Translations under genes and position numbers: made by a program
Shown here: positions 40,098 through 54,466 of the stretch, one piece after another
Layout: the number at the start of each line of letters is the position of its first letter
How positions within the stretch are numbered: the stretch's first letter is position 1
Notes under the pieces: model-generated
Told to the model about the DNA's origin: nothing
Database searches by the model: none
The model's input: only the letters and a program-made list of their open reading frames with translations
NCBI GenBank assembly: GCA_951406725.2
Contig: OX597815.1
Location: 210,180,001-210,244,000 of the forward strand
Reading direction: 5' to 3'
DNA: 64,000 nucleotides
DNA from: Octopus vulgaris
Taxonomy: Eukaryota

Positions 40098-40114
40098 TAC
40101 AAAAAGTAAAAGTT

Positions 40115-41519
40115 CTATTTACATTTCGTTGGAGAGGAGGGGGCCGACCTCACCACACGTTTGTGGGCCCCTTCTTTCTCCTCTTTCTTCAGATAGTCCG
40201 GCAAGTTTGCGATATGCCGGATGGCGTTTGGGTGTCTGTCTTTTAATTGTTTGAACGTTGTTTCCGCAATCCACGCGTGTCTATTTCGATCTTTGTATTT
40301 GTTGTACAGTCTTGCTGACTGATGCTGAACCACAATATCGTTTATGTATTTGTCTTGTGTGTCGAATTCAATTAATATGAGTTCATTTTCATTTTTGTCT
40401 TCTTTTTCTGGCCCAGTTGAGCGGGATTTTTTTTTTCCGTGTCTGTGGTGTGTCTTTGTTTTTATTATTTTTTGTAGGGGATGTGGACGGGGATGCTGCA
40501 CGAATTCTTTTACGAACTGGTGTAAATCCCCCCTCTGATACCTCCATGGTATCGTCTTGGGTAGCAATAGTTTGTTCGGTAGGCGCCGCAGTTTTTAGGG
40601 GGGTGGGAGGTTTTAATAGTGTAGGGGTTTGTGAGTGCGAGGGCTGGTTTTTTCTTCAGTCTGTTTTGGGGTTGGCACCGTAACAGCAGGAGTGTGATTT
40701 TTTGTTTTTGTAGGGGTAGGTGTGTTTGTAAGGGTAGGGACTTTTTTATTATCTGAGGGGCCTGGTGTCTGCGGTTTCTTTTGCTTGTCTGGACAGTCTA
40801 CACGAATGTGGCCCTTTTTGCCTCAGGCGTAACAGGTGGGTTTTCGGCCTTCGACCTGTACCCTGAGGGCTACGTTCTCGCCCACGAGCACCCTCTCAGG
40901 AAGGAGCTGCAGGTCCTCCGCTGTTCCTTGAATTAATATATTAATGTTACGCCCTAGCCAAAATCGAGGGGTAGAGCATGTTACTTCTAGTATTTTTATT
41001 TTGTCCGCCCTTTTATATAACAGGGCGGCCACTACATCTACCGGATCTACTTCCGGCGGGGCTTCTACAATCCTGACCCGGGACGTCCTGCGTCCCCTAT
41101 AGCTTAGGAAAAGTACCACCTCCTTGGTTTTTAGGGGGTTCACAGAATGCCCGCGGGCCATTTCTTCCTCCGAGAAGCGGACATCCACAGTGCCATATGC
41201 CCGTCCCCTGGCGACGTACACGATGTCCTTCCAAATTGGGGACAGGCATTTCTCGATGGTGCTTTTTTCAAAGTGTTTGAACCTTCTGCTTTGTGGACAG
41301 AAAGTTTTAAACACTACGGTCCGCTTCTCGGTCTCCACGATACTGGCGGAGGGTGATATTTTAACATCACCACCCTCCTCTTGCATTCTTTTAAATAGCT
41401 CGACGAGCTGATTGACATCGATGTCAATGTTCTCGGTAGCCACTGCGGCTACCTCAGAAAATTTTTTAACATTTGCTCTCCTCAAGAGCACTACTTTCGA
41501 GAATAATTTCAACAGACAT
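40115..41519 (-). pseudogene. Tx1-like ORF1 (gag-like, CCHC knuckle), disrupted
   Basis: ...KPTCYA*GKKGHIRVDC, with TGA (40823-40825) in place of the second Cys. Probable ATG at 41519 followed by an early frameshift; the C-terminal part is in ORF 40115-40567. Confidence 0.8.
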
Positions 41520-41908
41520 TATTCTGTTGAAATTAGACAACACAAAAATTACGAATATTGGTTTCCCACAAAACTGGGAAACCTATAGAAAGTTTTTCTT
41601 CCAAAGTAGTTCAAAAAAGCAGTTCAAAAATTCCAATTCCCACCCCCATTCGGGGGAGGGGCACGAAAATAGTCTGACAGGACTATATATAGTCACGTAA
41701 ATAAAAAGCCACAATGGCTAACAGTTCAACGGTAAGAAATTATCCAATTATTCCCCGGTAAAACCGGAGAACAAGACAGTTCAGCAACGTTTAAAGACAA
41801 ATTTTCAGTAGTAGGAATTCAACAATTAACAACACAGCAAAATTCTTACCGGGAAGAAAACGCGTCCAAACCGAAGTACGGTAAGCAAAGTCACTCTTCA
41901 GTCAGTGA

Positions 41909-41946
41909 GGTTAGCAAGCTACTTACCATACAGCCACTCCTGCGCC
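41909..41946 (-). mobile_element. 5' head of the interrupted SINE family B copy
   Basis: GGTTAGCAAGCTACTTACCATACAGCCACTCCTGCGCC. Confidence 0.9.
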
Positions 41947-42018
41947 TATAAAAAATCTGCAACAAAAAGTATTTATTTTAATGCCATACATTATATGCAT
42001 AAATACACACATATGTGA

Positions 42019-42378
<360 letters not shown>

Positions 42379-42466
42379 AATTTCCTCTATTTACATAATA
42401 TTGAGGTCTCTTTCTTTCTTTTGTTATCTTACCGTTTTATCAATATATATATATATATATATATAT

Positions 42467-42541
<75 letters not shown>

Positions 42542-43229
42542 TGTATCTGAATATAAGGACCTTCCAGTTGAAGTGATATGCTTTATAAACAATGTTCCAT
42601 ACTACAATATTCGTCAGAATGTCTTGACGAGAGTACCATGATTTCTTGTGATAAACATCGATATTATCGTTCCTTATTACGTAACATACATGTTTATCGC
42701 ACCAATCATTGGTAATTCGAAACAGCTGTAAAGATAGAGCTTGGTTAAATCATTCGTTTTTTATTTACATAGGCAACTTTCCATGCAAATATATTCACAT
42801 ATATATGAAGAAGGCTGGTTACTGTTGCAATACCTGTCTGCACACATCACCTTCCTACATCACATATCTGAGCAAAACGACCTTTTCCATCTCTCGCTTT
42901 TCCACATGTTGGAAAGAAGGGGTCACACCCCCATAAAATAGAATCGTAAGGTAAAACAAAAGGTAAAATTTCTTTGTTTTGTTTTCTTTTCATATTTTAT
43001 TTCATTTCCTTGCATTGTTACGGTTTACACATCAAGTCTCTTTCGTATATGTGTGTGTGTGTGCCTGCGTGTGTATGTATGTATGTATGTATGTATGTAT
43101 GTATGTGTGTATATCTATGTATATATATGTAAATATATGTGTGTATATATGTGTGTGTATATATGTATATATGCATAATATGATATGTATACATATATAT
43201 TATATGATATATATTCATAATATGATATG

Positions 43230-43785
43230 TCAGGTCACTTTCGAGTGCTACTGGTAACATGTAACCCAGTACAACCTGTTGCATGGTCGGGTCGTCGGCG
43301 ACTAAACCGGCAACCCCACCAAGCTTGCTTGGTGAGGAGGGTGTTTATTGCACACCCTGCGGGATGAAAAACAAAACTCGTCAAATGGTGGAGGAACTCT
43401 TGAGAGTCAACTGCTATCGAATAAATGTCTTAAGGATGTATCATGTGCGGGGACATAGAAATAATCGGACTGAATACCCTATCGCGCGGTCAAACCATTG
43501 AGAGTGAAGGACTCCTAGCCTTTGTTATGGCATCCTTCTAGGAGAAGGTAACTCAGGTAACTGGGATAACTCCGACATAAAACCTGCGGCTCAGTGGTTA
43601 CCGATGATGTTGACTTGTACTTTTTTTCGGATTATGGCTGCTGTTACTTAGTGAGTGGGATTGACTCAGTGCACAGCCTTTCCTCACTTAAAAAAAAAGT
43701 TTCTTGCACAGGCATTGCATGATAACAACATTGATTAAGCTTCGTGCAATGGTCATACTCGATAACGAGGGGGCAGCAACCATAC
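43230..43785 (+). mobile_element. Probable RTE-derived non-autonomous element or 5' UTR fragment
   Basis: Higher-GC block containing GGCATCCTTCTAGGAGAAGGTAACTC, which resembles RTE 5' UTR motifs (from memory). Confidence 0.35.
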
Positions 43786-44396
43786 ATAATATGAAGCCAG
43801 TGCCAAGAAGAAATATGTTAATTATAGAGTGTTCATTCAGTTAATCGTCGACTGAGTATGTATGCGGGATTATATGTATAGGTGTGCTTGCTTGTGAATC
43901 CCTCGGTATAAGATAATATTATTAGATTTACATTTCTTATAGATATACAGATATGTCAGGTATAACTTCCGTAACCTGATCACCTAGTAGCACGTTCTTT
44001 TTAAATAATTCATTGGAGTTACCGGCGTTTCAAAGTTTAAAAGATGAGGGAGGTATATTTGTTCTCTATGTTTTGGTGTAAATAATAAATAGTTACTAGC
44101 AAATATTGCCTCTCTGTCTGGACGGAAGATCAGCAACCGATATCTGATGAGGTGCTAATAACTTCGAAATTAATCCGAGTGATCTCTCTCGCTTTCTAGT
44201 TACAAACAGAAAATGTTATAACCTCCATTAATGTAAACTTTTCACAGAAAAGCTAAATCATATATTTCCCAAATTAGATTAGACTTTAAGATTTCTACGA
44301 GTTATATAAACATACACATATATATTCACATGTCATGCGTGCGCGCGCACACACACACACACAAACAAACATACACACACACATATATGTATGTAT

Positions 44397-44976
<580 letters not shown>

Positions 44977-45251
44977 ATACATACATAGATTTAGTCTTTG
45001 CTCGTCATCAGACTGGAGTAGCATGGCCTGTTAGAAACTTGTCAGAAACTAGTCTCTGGATGCAGGCTTAGCTGGGTCGAGGTGCTTGTCTCCCCCTTAT
45101 AAACATAAGGACACACGAAATGAGTCAAGGCCGACAGGAAGCGTTGATGCTTCCTAGGGCTAAAGAGCAGTGGTGTGATTCCTTTCATGAGATTCTCACA
45201 TTAAGTTGACAGTATAAAACTACTCTCACGCTCTCTGTCTCTCTCTCTCTG

Positions 45252-45341
<90 letters not shown>

Positions 45342-45349
45342 TACATACA

Positions 45350-45389
<40 letters not shown>

Positions 45390-45655
45390 TGTATGTGTGT
45401 ATGTGTGTGTGCGTGCGTGCATGCGTGTGCTTGAGTGTTCGCGCGTGTATGTGTATATGCAGTGCCACTATGCGTCGCACTTACAGTAATGCCAGGGCGC
45501 CTTCATCTCAAGGGCAAGAAAAAGATACCAAAGATGCTTAATGCCATTCCCTGCATATCAGGATTCATATCAGAGTGACCTACCCCTAGAAATGTTTGAA
45601 TAAATGTTGAGGGGTACCTCACTCCCAGTGGTCTTCCAGCATACCCGATATCAGT

Positions 45656-45956
45656 GGAGGCACATGGTCTAGTGGTTAGAGCAGCGGACTCGCAGTCTTG
45701 GGATCGCGCACTCGAACTTCAGACCGGGCGATGTGTGTGCTTATGAGTGAAACACCTAAGCTTCACGCGGCTCCGGCAGAAGGTAATGGCGAATTTCTGC
45801 TGACTCTTTCGCCACAACTTTCTCTCATTCTTTCTTCCTGCATCTTGCAGCTCACCTGCGACGGACCGGTGTCCCGTCCAGGTGGGGAACCTATACGCCA
45901 AGGAAACCGGGAAACCGGCCCTTATGAGCCAGGCATGGCTCGCGAAGGAACAAACA
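45656..45956 (+). mobile_element. tRNA-derived SINE family C (V-SINE-like tail region)
   Basis: Head GGAGGCACATGGTCTAGTGGTTAGAGCAGCGGACTCG; CCTGCGACGGACCGGTGTCCCGTCCAGG...GAAACCGGGAAACCGG. A related copy is at 46965-47279. Confidence 0.8.
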
Positions 45957-46964
45957 TTTCCAGATATCAGCCCGCAATTTTTGAGAACCTGTGCTATAGC
46001 TACACAGTCATTTAACATGCACTACGTTCGGACATCCTTTTAAAAGATCTTATTTTTAGTCTTGGTGTGTTTTTAGCACTTGCTAAACGTAAACGTCTGA
46101 GAACCGATCGGTCAATATCTCAGTGAACCTTCAGATAGATTTGAGAGTCAAAATAAGTGAAACTTTTAGGGAACTGGGTCAGCAACTAATGGTGAACAGA
46201 CATGAACGCACATATTATATACATAAATACATATATACACACATATATAAATATATATATATAAACATATTTACATATATATACACACACATACACGCAT
46301 ACGTATGTGTATGTATATATATGTATAAATGCATATGTATGTATAAATATATTTTATAAGGGATATATGCATACATATATAGGTGTGCATATTTTAATAT
46401 AAATATATGTGCGGGTGCGTGTATGTGTATGTGTACATATAATTTCTTTTGTTATTCTCAACATACCGTTGTCATTAAGTACTTGATTTTAATCATTGAA
46501 GATGATGCAAAAAGAAAGTGTCGCTAAAAAGTCAATATGTTATGAAAAACGTGTAATCAACTCTAATTGATGGTTCTTTGGATAGACTTAAAGGACAATG
46601 ATATAAAGGTAGCGTGATAAGATATAATCAGCAATAATTGGCGTACAAGTGTCATTATAACGTGCAACAAGAGAAAGGTTAATGCTAGTGAAAGGCAAAA
46701 ATACTGAAACCTCAGAATAATCAAGCAAGTCTAGAAAATAAAAGAGAAAGTTTTAGCAAGCTTAGTGTAGTGTAACTTTAGTATCAAAGAGATATTTACA
46801 TTTTTTATAAAGTCATGAAATCATACAGTGCGTATTTTCAGTGAGCAAACAAGTGAAACGAATGGGTAAGAAATATGGCTCGCAAACACATGGCTGGGGT
46901 TCGATTCCATTTTGTGCTCATTATGCATATGTTTTTTTTTTAATCAAAATTATAAAACTATAAA

Positions 46965-47279
46965 CGTCGCCCTTTTTTGAAGCCTAGCCAGGCTCATGGG
47001 TCCGGTTTTCCGGTTTCTGTGGCGTATGTATCCCCCCCCCCCCAGCTGGACGGGACGCCAGTCCATCGTAGCGTTACTCAAGAAACAGGAAGAGAGAGGG
47101 TGAGAGGAAGTTGTGGCGAAAGAGTACATCAGGGGTCACCACCATTCTTGCGGGAGTCTCGTGGAGCTTTTTAGGTATTTTCTCTCAATAAAACACACAC
47201 AACGCCCAGTCTGGGAATCGAAACCGCGACCTTCCGACCACGAATCCGCCGCCCCTAACCACTGGGCCATTGCGCCTCC
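46965..47279 (-). mobile_element. SINE family C, diverged subfamily copy
   Basis: Minus strand GGAGGCGCAATGGCCCAGTGGTTAG...CTCTTTCGCCACAACTT...CGATGGACTGGCGTCCCGTCCAG. Confidence 0.8.
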
Positions 47280-47666
47280 ACAATCAAAAATATAGTTTTG
47301 ATAAATTCTCATGAGAAGAATTTGCGGAATCTTACTGCTGGACTGGTGCTATAAAAAGTAAACTACAAAAAGACTTTTAATCTCCTTATTTTGGGGGAGT
47401 GAGCAACTGCCCTGTCGCATTCTCTTGGATTTATTCGATATCTTGAAATTTTGTTTCGGGGTGCTTTCCACTGACAAAACTGAGTCTCAGTTTCGGGGTC
47501 ATAGCCAGATTGACATTTAGGCATTTACTCACAAAACCAAGTGCAACAATTTTTGCTGATATAAATGTCAGTTTATAATATGGTTATAGAAGCTTGATGT
47601 TTCAATGCAGTTATCTGTAGTTCAACTTTTTCTCTTCTATAAGTGAATGGATGTATGCATGTATGT

Positions 47667-47860
47667 AGTTGAAATTTACAGAAAAACAAAAGACGAAGAC
47701 AGGTATACACAACAAGCAGGTGTATTACTTTGACGTTCGTGAAGGTGACTAAGTCTTTTACGTTTCGAGTCTACGCTCTTCAACAGAAACGAACACAAGG
47801 AAATAAACAGAAAGCGAATAAAAAAAAAAAACTTGTGAATTTAGTGGTCAATCATGGCGA
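47667..47860 (-). mobile_element. PLE-like terminal fragment with a hammerhead-like motif (47755-47790)
   Basis: Minus strand UUU-CUGUUGA-A-GAG-cguaga-CUC-GAAACGUA-AAA; same layout as the 17501 element. Confidence 0.5.
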
Positions 47861-48596
47861 CTATACATGTTAGTATTTATGTATGTATGTATGTATGTAT
47901 GTATGTATGTATGTATGTATGTATGTGCGAATGGTTGTGCACGACTGTGTAGATTATTTGGTGACTTATACCTGATACTCGGGCTCGTTAAGGGTGAAGT
48001 TGGTATCTCATCGATTAGACACTATAGCTATAAAACTCCGCGTAATGGATACCCCTTGACGATGTGTCTGCAAGCATACACACTTACCTACGTGCATAAA
48101 TACGTACCTACTAGTATAGTTACATACATTTGCATTGTATATAAACATATATATATATATATATATATACATATGTCTGTGTGTATGAGTGTGTTGCTGT
48201 TTATATGGTGATATGTGGTATATTTATTTTCTTCGAGACATGATGACAAGTGTGACGCACGAGTGAATCTCTGAGTTAATATTGTATTCTTCTGTTTGTA
48301 GATCGTTCGGTTGTCTGAATCGTAGCTGTCGTCTGCTCTTCTAAAACTATATTTATAGAGAATTATCAAAGGAGAGCTTGGAAACTTGCGCAGAGAAAAA
48401 ATGTGCACCAGCTAAATCGATATATGTGGTTTTAGGTTAACTCGAAGAAAGACGATAAATATATTGTTGTGATCAGACCCAATCTCTTGTTTGAAGCAAT
48501 TCTCAACACTTGGAAATAAATATAGTACGTTTTAAGCATCGAGACTATCGTCAACGGCATTGATATAAATATAATCCTTCGCCTCCTCCTCCTCCT

Positions 48597-48611
48597 CATC
48601 ATCATCATCAT

Positions 48612-48705
<94 letters not shown>

Positions 48706-48720
48706 GTTATCATCATCATC
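48597..48720 (+). repeat. (CAT)n microsatellite
   Basis: Direct inspection. Confidence 0.95.
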
Positions 48721-50500
48721 AACAACACTACCATCAACATCAGCATCAATACACGAATCAACACCAACACCCTGCTATTAGCAAGTCTTAGATGGCTCCG
48801 TTCAATATGTTCAATATTATCAAATGATGTAATGTTATCGATACAGGACACGTTAAACTAAAATCACTCGGTTTGCTGTCGCAGTAAGTAATGTGATCAT
48901 GATACAGAATAATAACATCTGTGTTACTATCACCTCACCACCATCGACACCACCGACAACGCCACCACCACAGCAAACACCTTCCGTCTGCTTTCATGGA
49001 TGTCGCTTTTATAATTTTAATTAATTCATAAAGTTGTTAGATCCATACATTTTGCGACATACTCAAATCTGCAAATTAGATTCTTTGACCTTTACTTGAA
49101 TGTCATTGTGTTCGAATAATTTTCATGTTTTGTCTCGGAAGATCTCTTATGAATATAAGAATATTTACATAGAAACGATTTAACTCACGAACCAAAACTT
49201 TTGCTCGGCATTTACATTTTGTGGCATTTTATCTCATATTTCTGGCTTATCACGAAGATTCTTTCTTTTAACACTTTAACGACTTTTGCACAAGCAATCC
49301 ACCCCACCAACTTGCAATACATCTCGTTCAGCTACAATCGATATCTACACTTATACATGGGTACATGAGGAAGCCTTGTCGTAGATTCTCAACTCTCAAA
49401 AAATTGCAGCTAAATTTTCCTAAAATATCGCCCCCTTTTTTTTTTTTTAGCAAAATGATTATACAGAATAAGAGCAGTGGACGAAAAATATCCAATGTTT
49501 AGTGTTTGAATACCGTTCGATCGGCGGTTTTCGATATAGAGATGGAGCTTTCCAAGTATGGTTCAACATAGCTAGACAATACAGAAGTCGTAATTGGTCA
49601 TGGTATCGGCTTTACAAACATATACCACAGTTTGACAAAGTCTACGAAATACAAAATGGAACGTCCATATAAAATACCTCGGAAATATATTGCTCATTGC
49701 AGAAGTAGTTACTCTTCAAACAAGACGAGAAAACTACTTGAACAGTGAGTATTGCTGTTGCACCCTGTCATCATAAATATAACCGAAGACTTTAAATTTG
49801 ACGAAAACTTGAAATGAAACACTTTCATATACTTTATAGAAACTTCATTTCTGTACTAAGGAGGCATTCTTAGAAATGTAAAAGATAATAACCAATGACC
49901 AAATTAATCTCAGATCAGACTAGACAGGCATTTTCACAGCTGAGTCTGTTTCATTACATACACAAGGATCGTTCGTGCTGTTTAATGATTGTTATAACTG
50001 ACAAGCCAACTTCAAAACACTTTTCCTTATATCACTTTACATTCTGCGCATCTAGTTGTCGGACGCATTTGGAAATTATCTCCAATAAGATCCAAAGCAC
50101 CTAACAATCGTTATCGCAACACGCTCACACCTCAAGGAAAAGAGAAAATTACTCTTATACTCCTTTAAATAAATTCACAGTAAAGCATTTTCCAAGAAGA
50201 CACACAATCAAGGTTTCAGAATTCTTCAGCAACACGATTTTTAACATAGGCATCGGTGTAAATGCTTTCTGTATTTATATCCTGAAATAATTAATGATAA
50301 TTTGAGAATGCATAACCCGTAAGAAAATATAAATAGTGGAATGACAATTACATACAAGAAATAGAAAACCTTATAAAAACCTGCGTGAACTCCAAGCGCA
50401 ATACAAGAACACTATACACGATGAAACTCAACATTAAATAATTAAACAAGGAAGTATAAAGGAAAATTATAGAAAATCAGAAAACTGAAAAATATTTGTA

Positions 50501-50929
50501 TTACTCTTTTACTCTTTTACTTGTTTCAGTCATTTGACTGTGGACATGCTGGAGCACTGCCTTTAGTCAAGCACATCGACCCCATGACTTATTCATTGTA
50601 AGCCTAGTACTTATTCTATCGGTCTCTATCGGTCTCTTGCCGAACCGCTAGTTTACGGGGACGTAAACACACCAGCATCGGTTGCCAATCGATGTTGGGG
50701 GGACAAACACAGACACACAAACATATACACACACATACATATTTTTTATATATATATACATATATACGATGGGCTTCTTTCAGTTTCCGCCTACCAAATC
50801 CACTCAGAAGGCTTCGATCGAGCCGAGGCTATAGTAGAAGACACTTGCCCAAAGTGCCATGCAGTGGGACTGAACCCGGAATCATGTGGTTGGTAAGCAA
50901 GCTACTTACCACACAGCTACTCCTGCGCC
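50501..50929 (-). mobile_element. SINE family B, full length
   Basis: Matches the 44397 copy. Confidence 0.9.
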
Positions 50930-51357
50930 TATTCAACATAAATATCAAAAGTAACATTAAAATATTATTGGATTACTTGTGAAGGTCATCTCTTCAAGTT
51001 TTCTGTAGGAATTATAGACAGCAGTGATCTGTTACGATGTTTCGTATCTGAGTACGTCTAATGTAAACTACAATGAGATCGATGATGAAAAAGGAGTATG
51101 AGTGTAGATGGCATATTTTAGGAGTTCCTCCTCCTTCATCAGCACCTATTCAACCTATTAACCATCCACGAACTCATTGCTGAAACAACCACTAAATATG
51201 ACAGTGTTCTACGAGTTTTACATATTAAACATATTACTGGCAGTTGGTAAGTACATATTAATGACTTGTATGGACACCATATTTTGTATGCAACCGCAAT
51301 ATACTACAAAGTATATTACACACACATCACACACATGCACTCACATACACACACACA

Positions 51358-51401
<44 letters not shown>

Positions 51402-54022
51402 ATAACGAAACTGAATGGTATTTGATTTCATAGTAGTTCGAAACCCCATTAGATGCATCCTAACATTTCGCTGGGAAGGAAAGCTTGAATACACTTGCCT
51501 TTTCTAATATTGATTACATTCGTCAACTCAATATATTTGCTTAGAAGTTGGGAACATGACACAATAATTGATATGAGTAGATAGGGTTATTTTGATCACA
51601 ATGTAGATACTTCGCAATTGCTCTTATTTCATCACTTACCCCCTAAAATATAATAATAACTTGCAGCGCCTTAATCTTCAAATTCGGTCTCTTTATAACA
51701 AGTTTCAAATTTAAGACATACGAGAGCTATAATTTACTGATTTAGATTGGCTTGTTGTATAACTCAAATATCAGATAAGTAGTGTTACTTTCATAGCGTA
51801 AAGTTTATTGAAACGTTCCTCATATTTGAAAGGATGAAAGGTTATCCATTCATTCATATGTTGATGTACTAACTGTTTGTCAAATTTTTCAAAGCTTTCG
51901 AGTAAACAGAGAATGTATAAAATTTGTAATTTGTGGCTTTTTGATCTAGAATAAATTATATTTTAAGAAATATTATAGGTTACATTATACTTTCAATACA
52001 ATCTGTAAATTTGCTTAAACATAGTTTTGCTTTTATTTTTCTATGAGAAAATCGATGCTTTAATTATATTTGCTTTTATCACAGCATTTCGCATAATAAT
52101 TCTATATTCTCTGCTAAGTTGCACCTTCTGCTTAAATCTAATATTTAAAGTAATTTATTAAATGTTTTAAATGTAAGTTAAGAATGTTTTAATATTTTTA
52201 TTTTATGATATTGCGTTAAAATATATTTAAAATAAATGATAAATCATCCCTAATAAACAGGAGTAAATTTCCTCCCTTTGGTTACAAACCATTTTCACAT
52301 AATTTAGAAACACCTTTTGAAAAATTGTAAACTTTTTGAAGAAGAACAGTATGAAATATTTTTAACTTTATTTTAGAACAATAAATATTTAGAGACATAG
52401 ATAAATTATAATACGTTTTAGTACTAAGATCTATTATCAGCGTTTGTATTTTACTTCATTTGTTTTAAAATAAGCTAAAGATACGAATAAAATTAATAAT
52501 TTCTTTATCACAGATACACAGCTTGTTTTCAATAAGTGCGAGGGAAATTGTAATTGAAAGCGAATGCAATTTGAATTTAATTTTGTTTCTGTTGACTCGG
52601 TGAAGGTAAAAGTAAAGATAGACAAGGAAATATCTGAACTAAATTAATAAAGATACTTATAAGTCTTTGCAGGATTCTTCCAGGGCGTTCAAAGGTTCTC
52701 GTAAGTGGATTTCATAAATACGAGCAGTAGACAATAAACATATGAAGGAAAATAACATGGGTCGATTGAGTAATTCGGGGCCAAGACAAACCTTCTGTGT
52801 GTTGTTTGAGTCGAATGAGATATTTTTTATTTCAATAAAATGTATGTAATAGTGATCAAATAAAACGCATATGTCGTAGTCATCAATATCCAATAGTGGG
52901 TTCCCAGTTCTATACTGCATGAAACTCATGCAATGCTATAAACATTCACATCCCCAATGAATATATGTGAGTTAGGAATTTAGGCATCAGTAAACGATAG
53001 AGAATTTGGTTTTGTAAAGACACTTAGCACAAATCAAAAAGTATGTAATTTATCAGTTAAGGTGGGAAGTGCTATAATTTCAACTTTGATTCGTATTTTA
53101 AAGACATAATACTAAAACTTTTAACTTGATAACTTAGAAATAAATCACAGGAATATATGAGGTTAGTTTGTTTTATGAAGCATGATTTTGTAATGCCTAG
53201 GGACATAAAAGAATAAATCTACCAAATCACACGGCATTTTACAGAAAAGTAGAATATTTAATATCAGCTTGATTTCAAATCAAACATAAAAAGAGTAAAG
53301 GACATGAATTCTAGTTATAACTAGGACTTGCTCTATGTTATATCCCAGTTACTGAATCATAAGTATGTGATACTGATAAATGTGGACGCATACATTAATA
53401 TCGTCCTTAAAAACAGTAGTAATAATCAAGTTAATAGCAACACTGCTTAAGCAAGTAAAATTGTCATACACATAATGTATGCAGAAACATCCGCACAAGT
53501 ACGTGATAGCAGAAGAAAATGATGCAATATTTATATCCTACATATCTCTAGTAAAATTTAGAAATCGCAACACTGATTTTAGCACTTTTCCTACATTTTA
53601 CCCCCAACGTCGATCATTCGAATGGATTCCGATAGTACAATAACGTTTTCAATTTATTAAACTATAATTCTTCCTACACTAGTTCTCAGTTAATACGTAC
53701 ACAGTCTCTAGGTGTCATTCACTCGGTTATTCCAACTCTTTCTATTGTTAAAAACACGACCACTTCATTTTTAGCTGCTTGAGAATTTACCGCCAAAGAA
53801 AACAATTTTGAGATTTAGACACAGAAAAATACTAGACATCGAAATCTTAATTTTTAGTGCATAATAGTAATAATGACACGTTGTAAATATTTCTATAGTC
53901 ATTCTCACTAGTATTTACAAGATGAATTTCAGAAGACTCGAGACCTTTTCAGGAGAGAGTTTAATAATTCGGAGTACAAATCTAATCTCCTTTTAGGCTT
54001 ACTGTATGTTGTAGCGCTCCGC

Positions 54023-54069
<47 letters not shown>

Positions 54070-54131
54070 TGTGTGTGTGTGTGTGTGTGTGTGTAGAAGA
54101 TTGAAAAGGAATAGACGAATTGATATATTTT

Positions 54132-54466
54132 GAAAAAGTCAATGTTGAAAATGCCAAAATAATATTATAAAAGAAACATTTCAGTGCCGGCTTCAGTCAT
54201 TGAGACTTTTTCAACTCTAAGTATGGAAAACAATTAAATTTTGGAAAAGTTAAAAGAAAAGTTTTTTAAAAGAATATTTACATACCATTCAAATACAAGT
54301 GGTACTTTCCTTGTATGAAAATATTCTTTTAAAAAACTTTTCTTTTAACTTTTCCAAAATATAATTGTTTTCCATACTTAGAGTTGAAAAAGTCTCAATG
54401 ACTGAAACTGATACTGAAATGTTTTTTGTAAAATTATTTTGGCATTTTCTATCTTGACTTTTTTCC
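54132..54466. repeat. Foldback with ~154-bp arms and ~27-nt loop; probable PLE inverted pLTR remnant
   Basis: 54132-54285 is reverse-complementary to 54313-54466. Bounded by microsatellites; contains a hammerhead-like motif. Confidence 0.9.

Larger units (their letters stand above)
36469..41908 (-). mobile_element. Full-length Tx1-clade (L1 group) non-LTR retrotransposon, 5.44 kb, 16-bp TSD
   Basis: TSD GGTTAGCAAGCTACTT at 36453-36468 and 41909-41924. ORF1 has a zinc knuckle; ORF2 has APE, RT and a C-terminal Cys/His motif. GC content is clearly higher than in the flanks. Confidence 0.95.

Noticed and set aside
40823-40825. Selenocysteine or read-through at the TGA replacing a zinc-knuckle Cys
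   Set aside because: A single TGY>TGA substitution in a copy with other disabling lesions explains it more simply, and no SECIS was identified. A family consensus would settle it.
45656-45730. Functional tRNA gene
   Set aside because: The cloverleaf and B box are degenerate and the sequence continues into a SINE body. The same holds for the other SINE heads.
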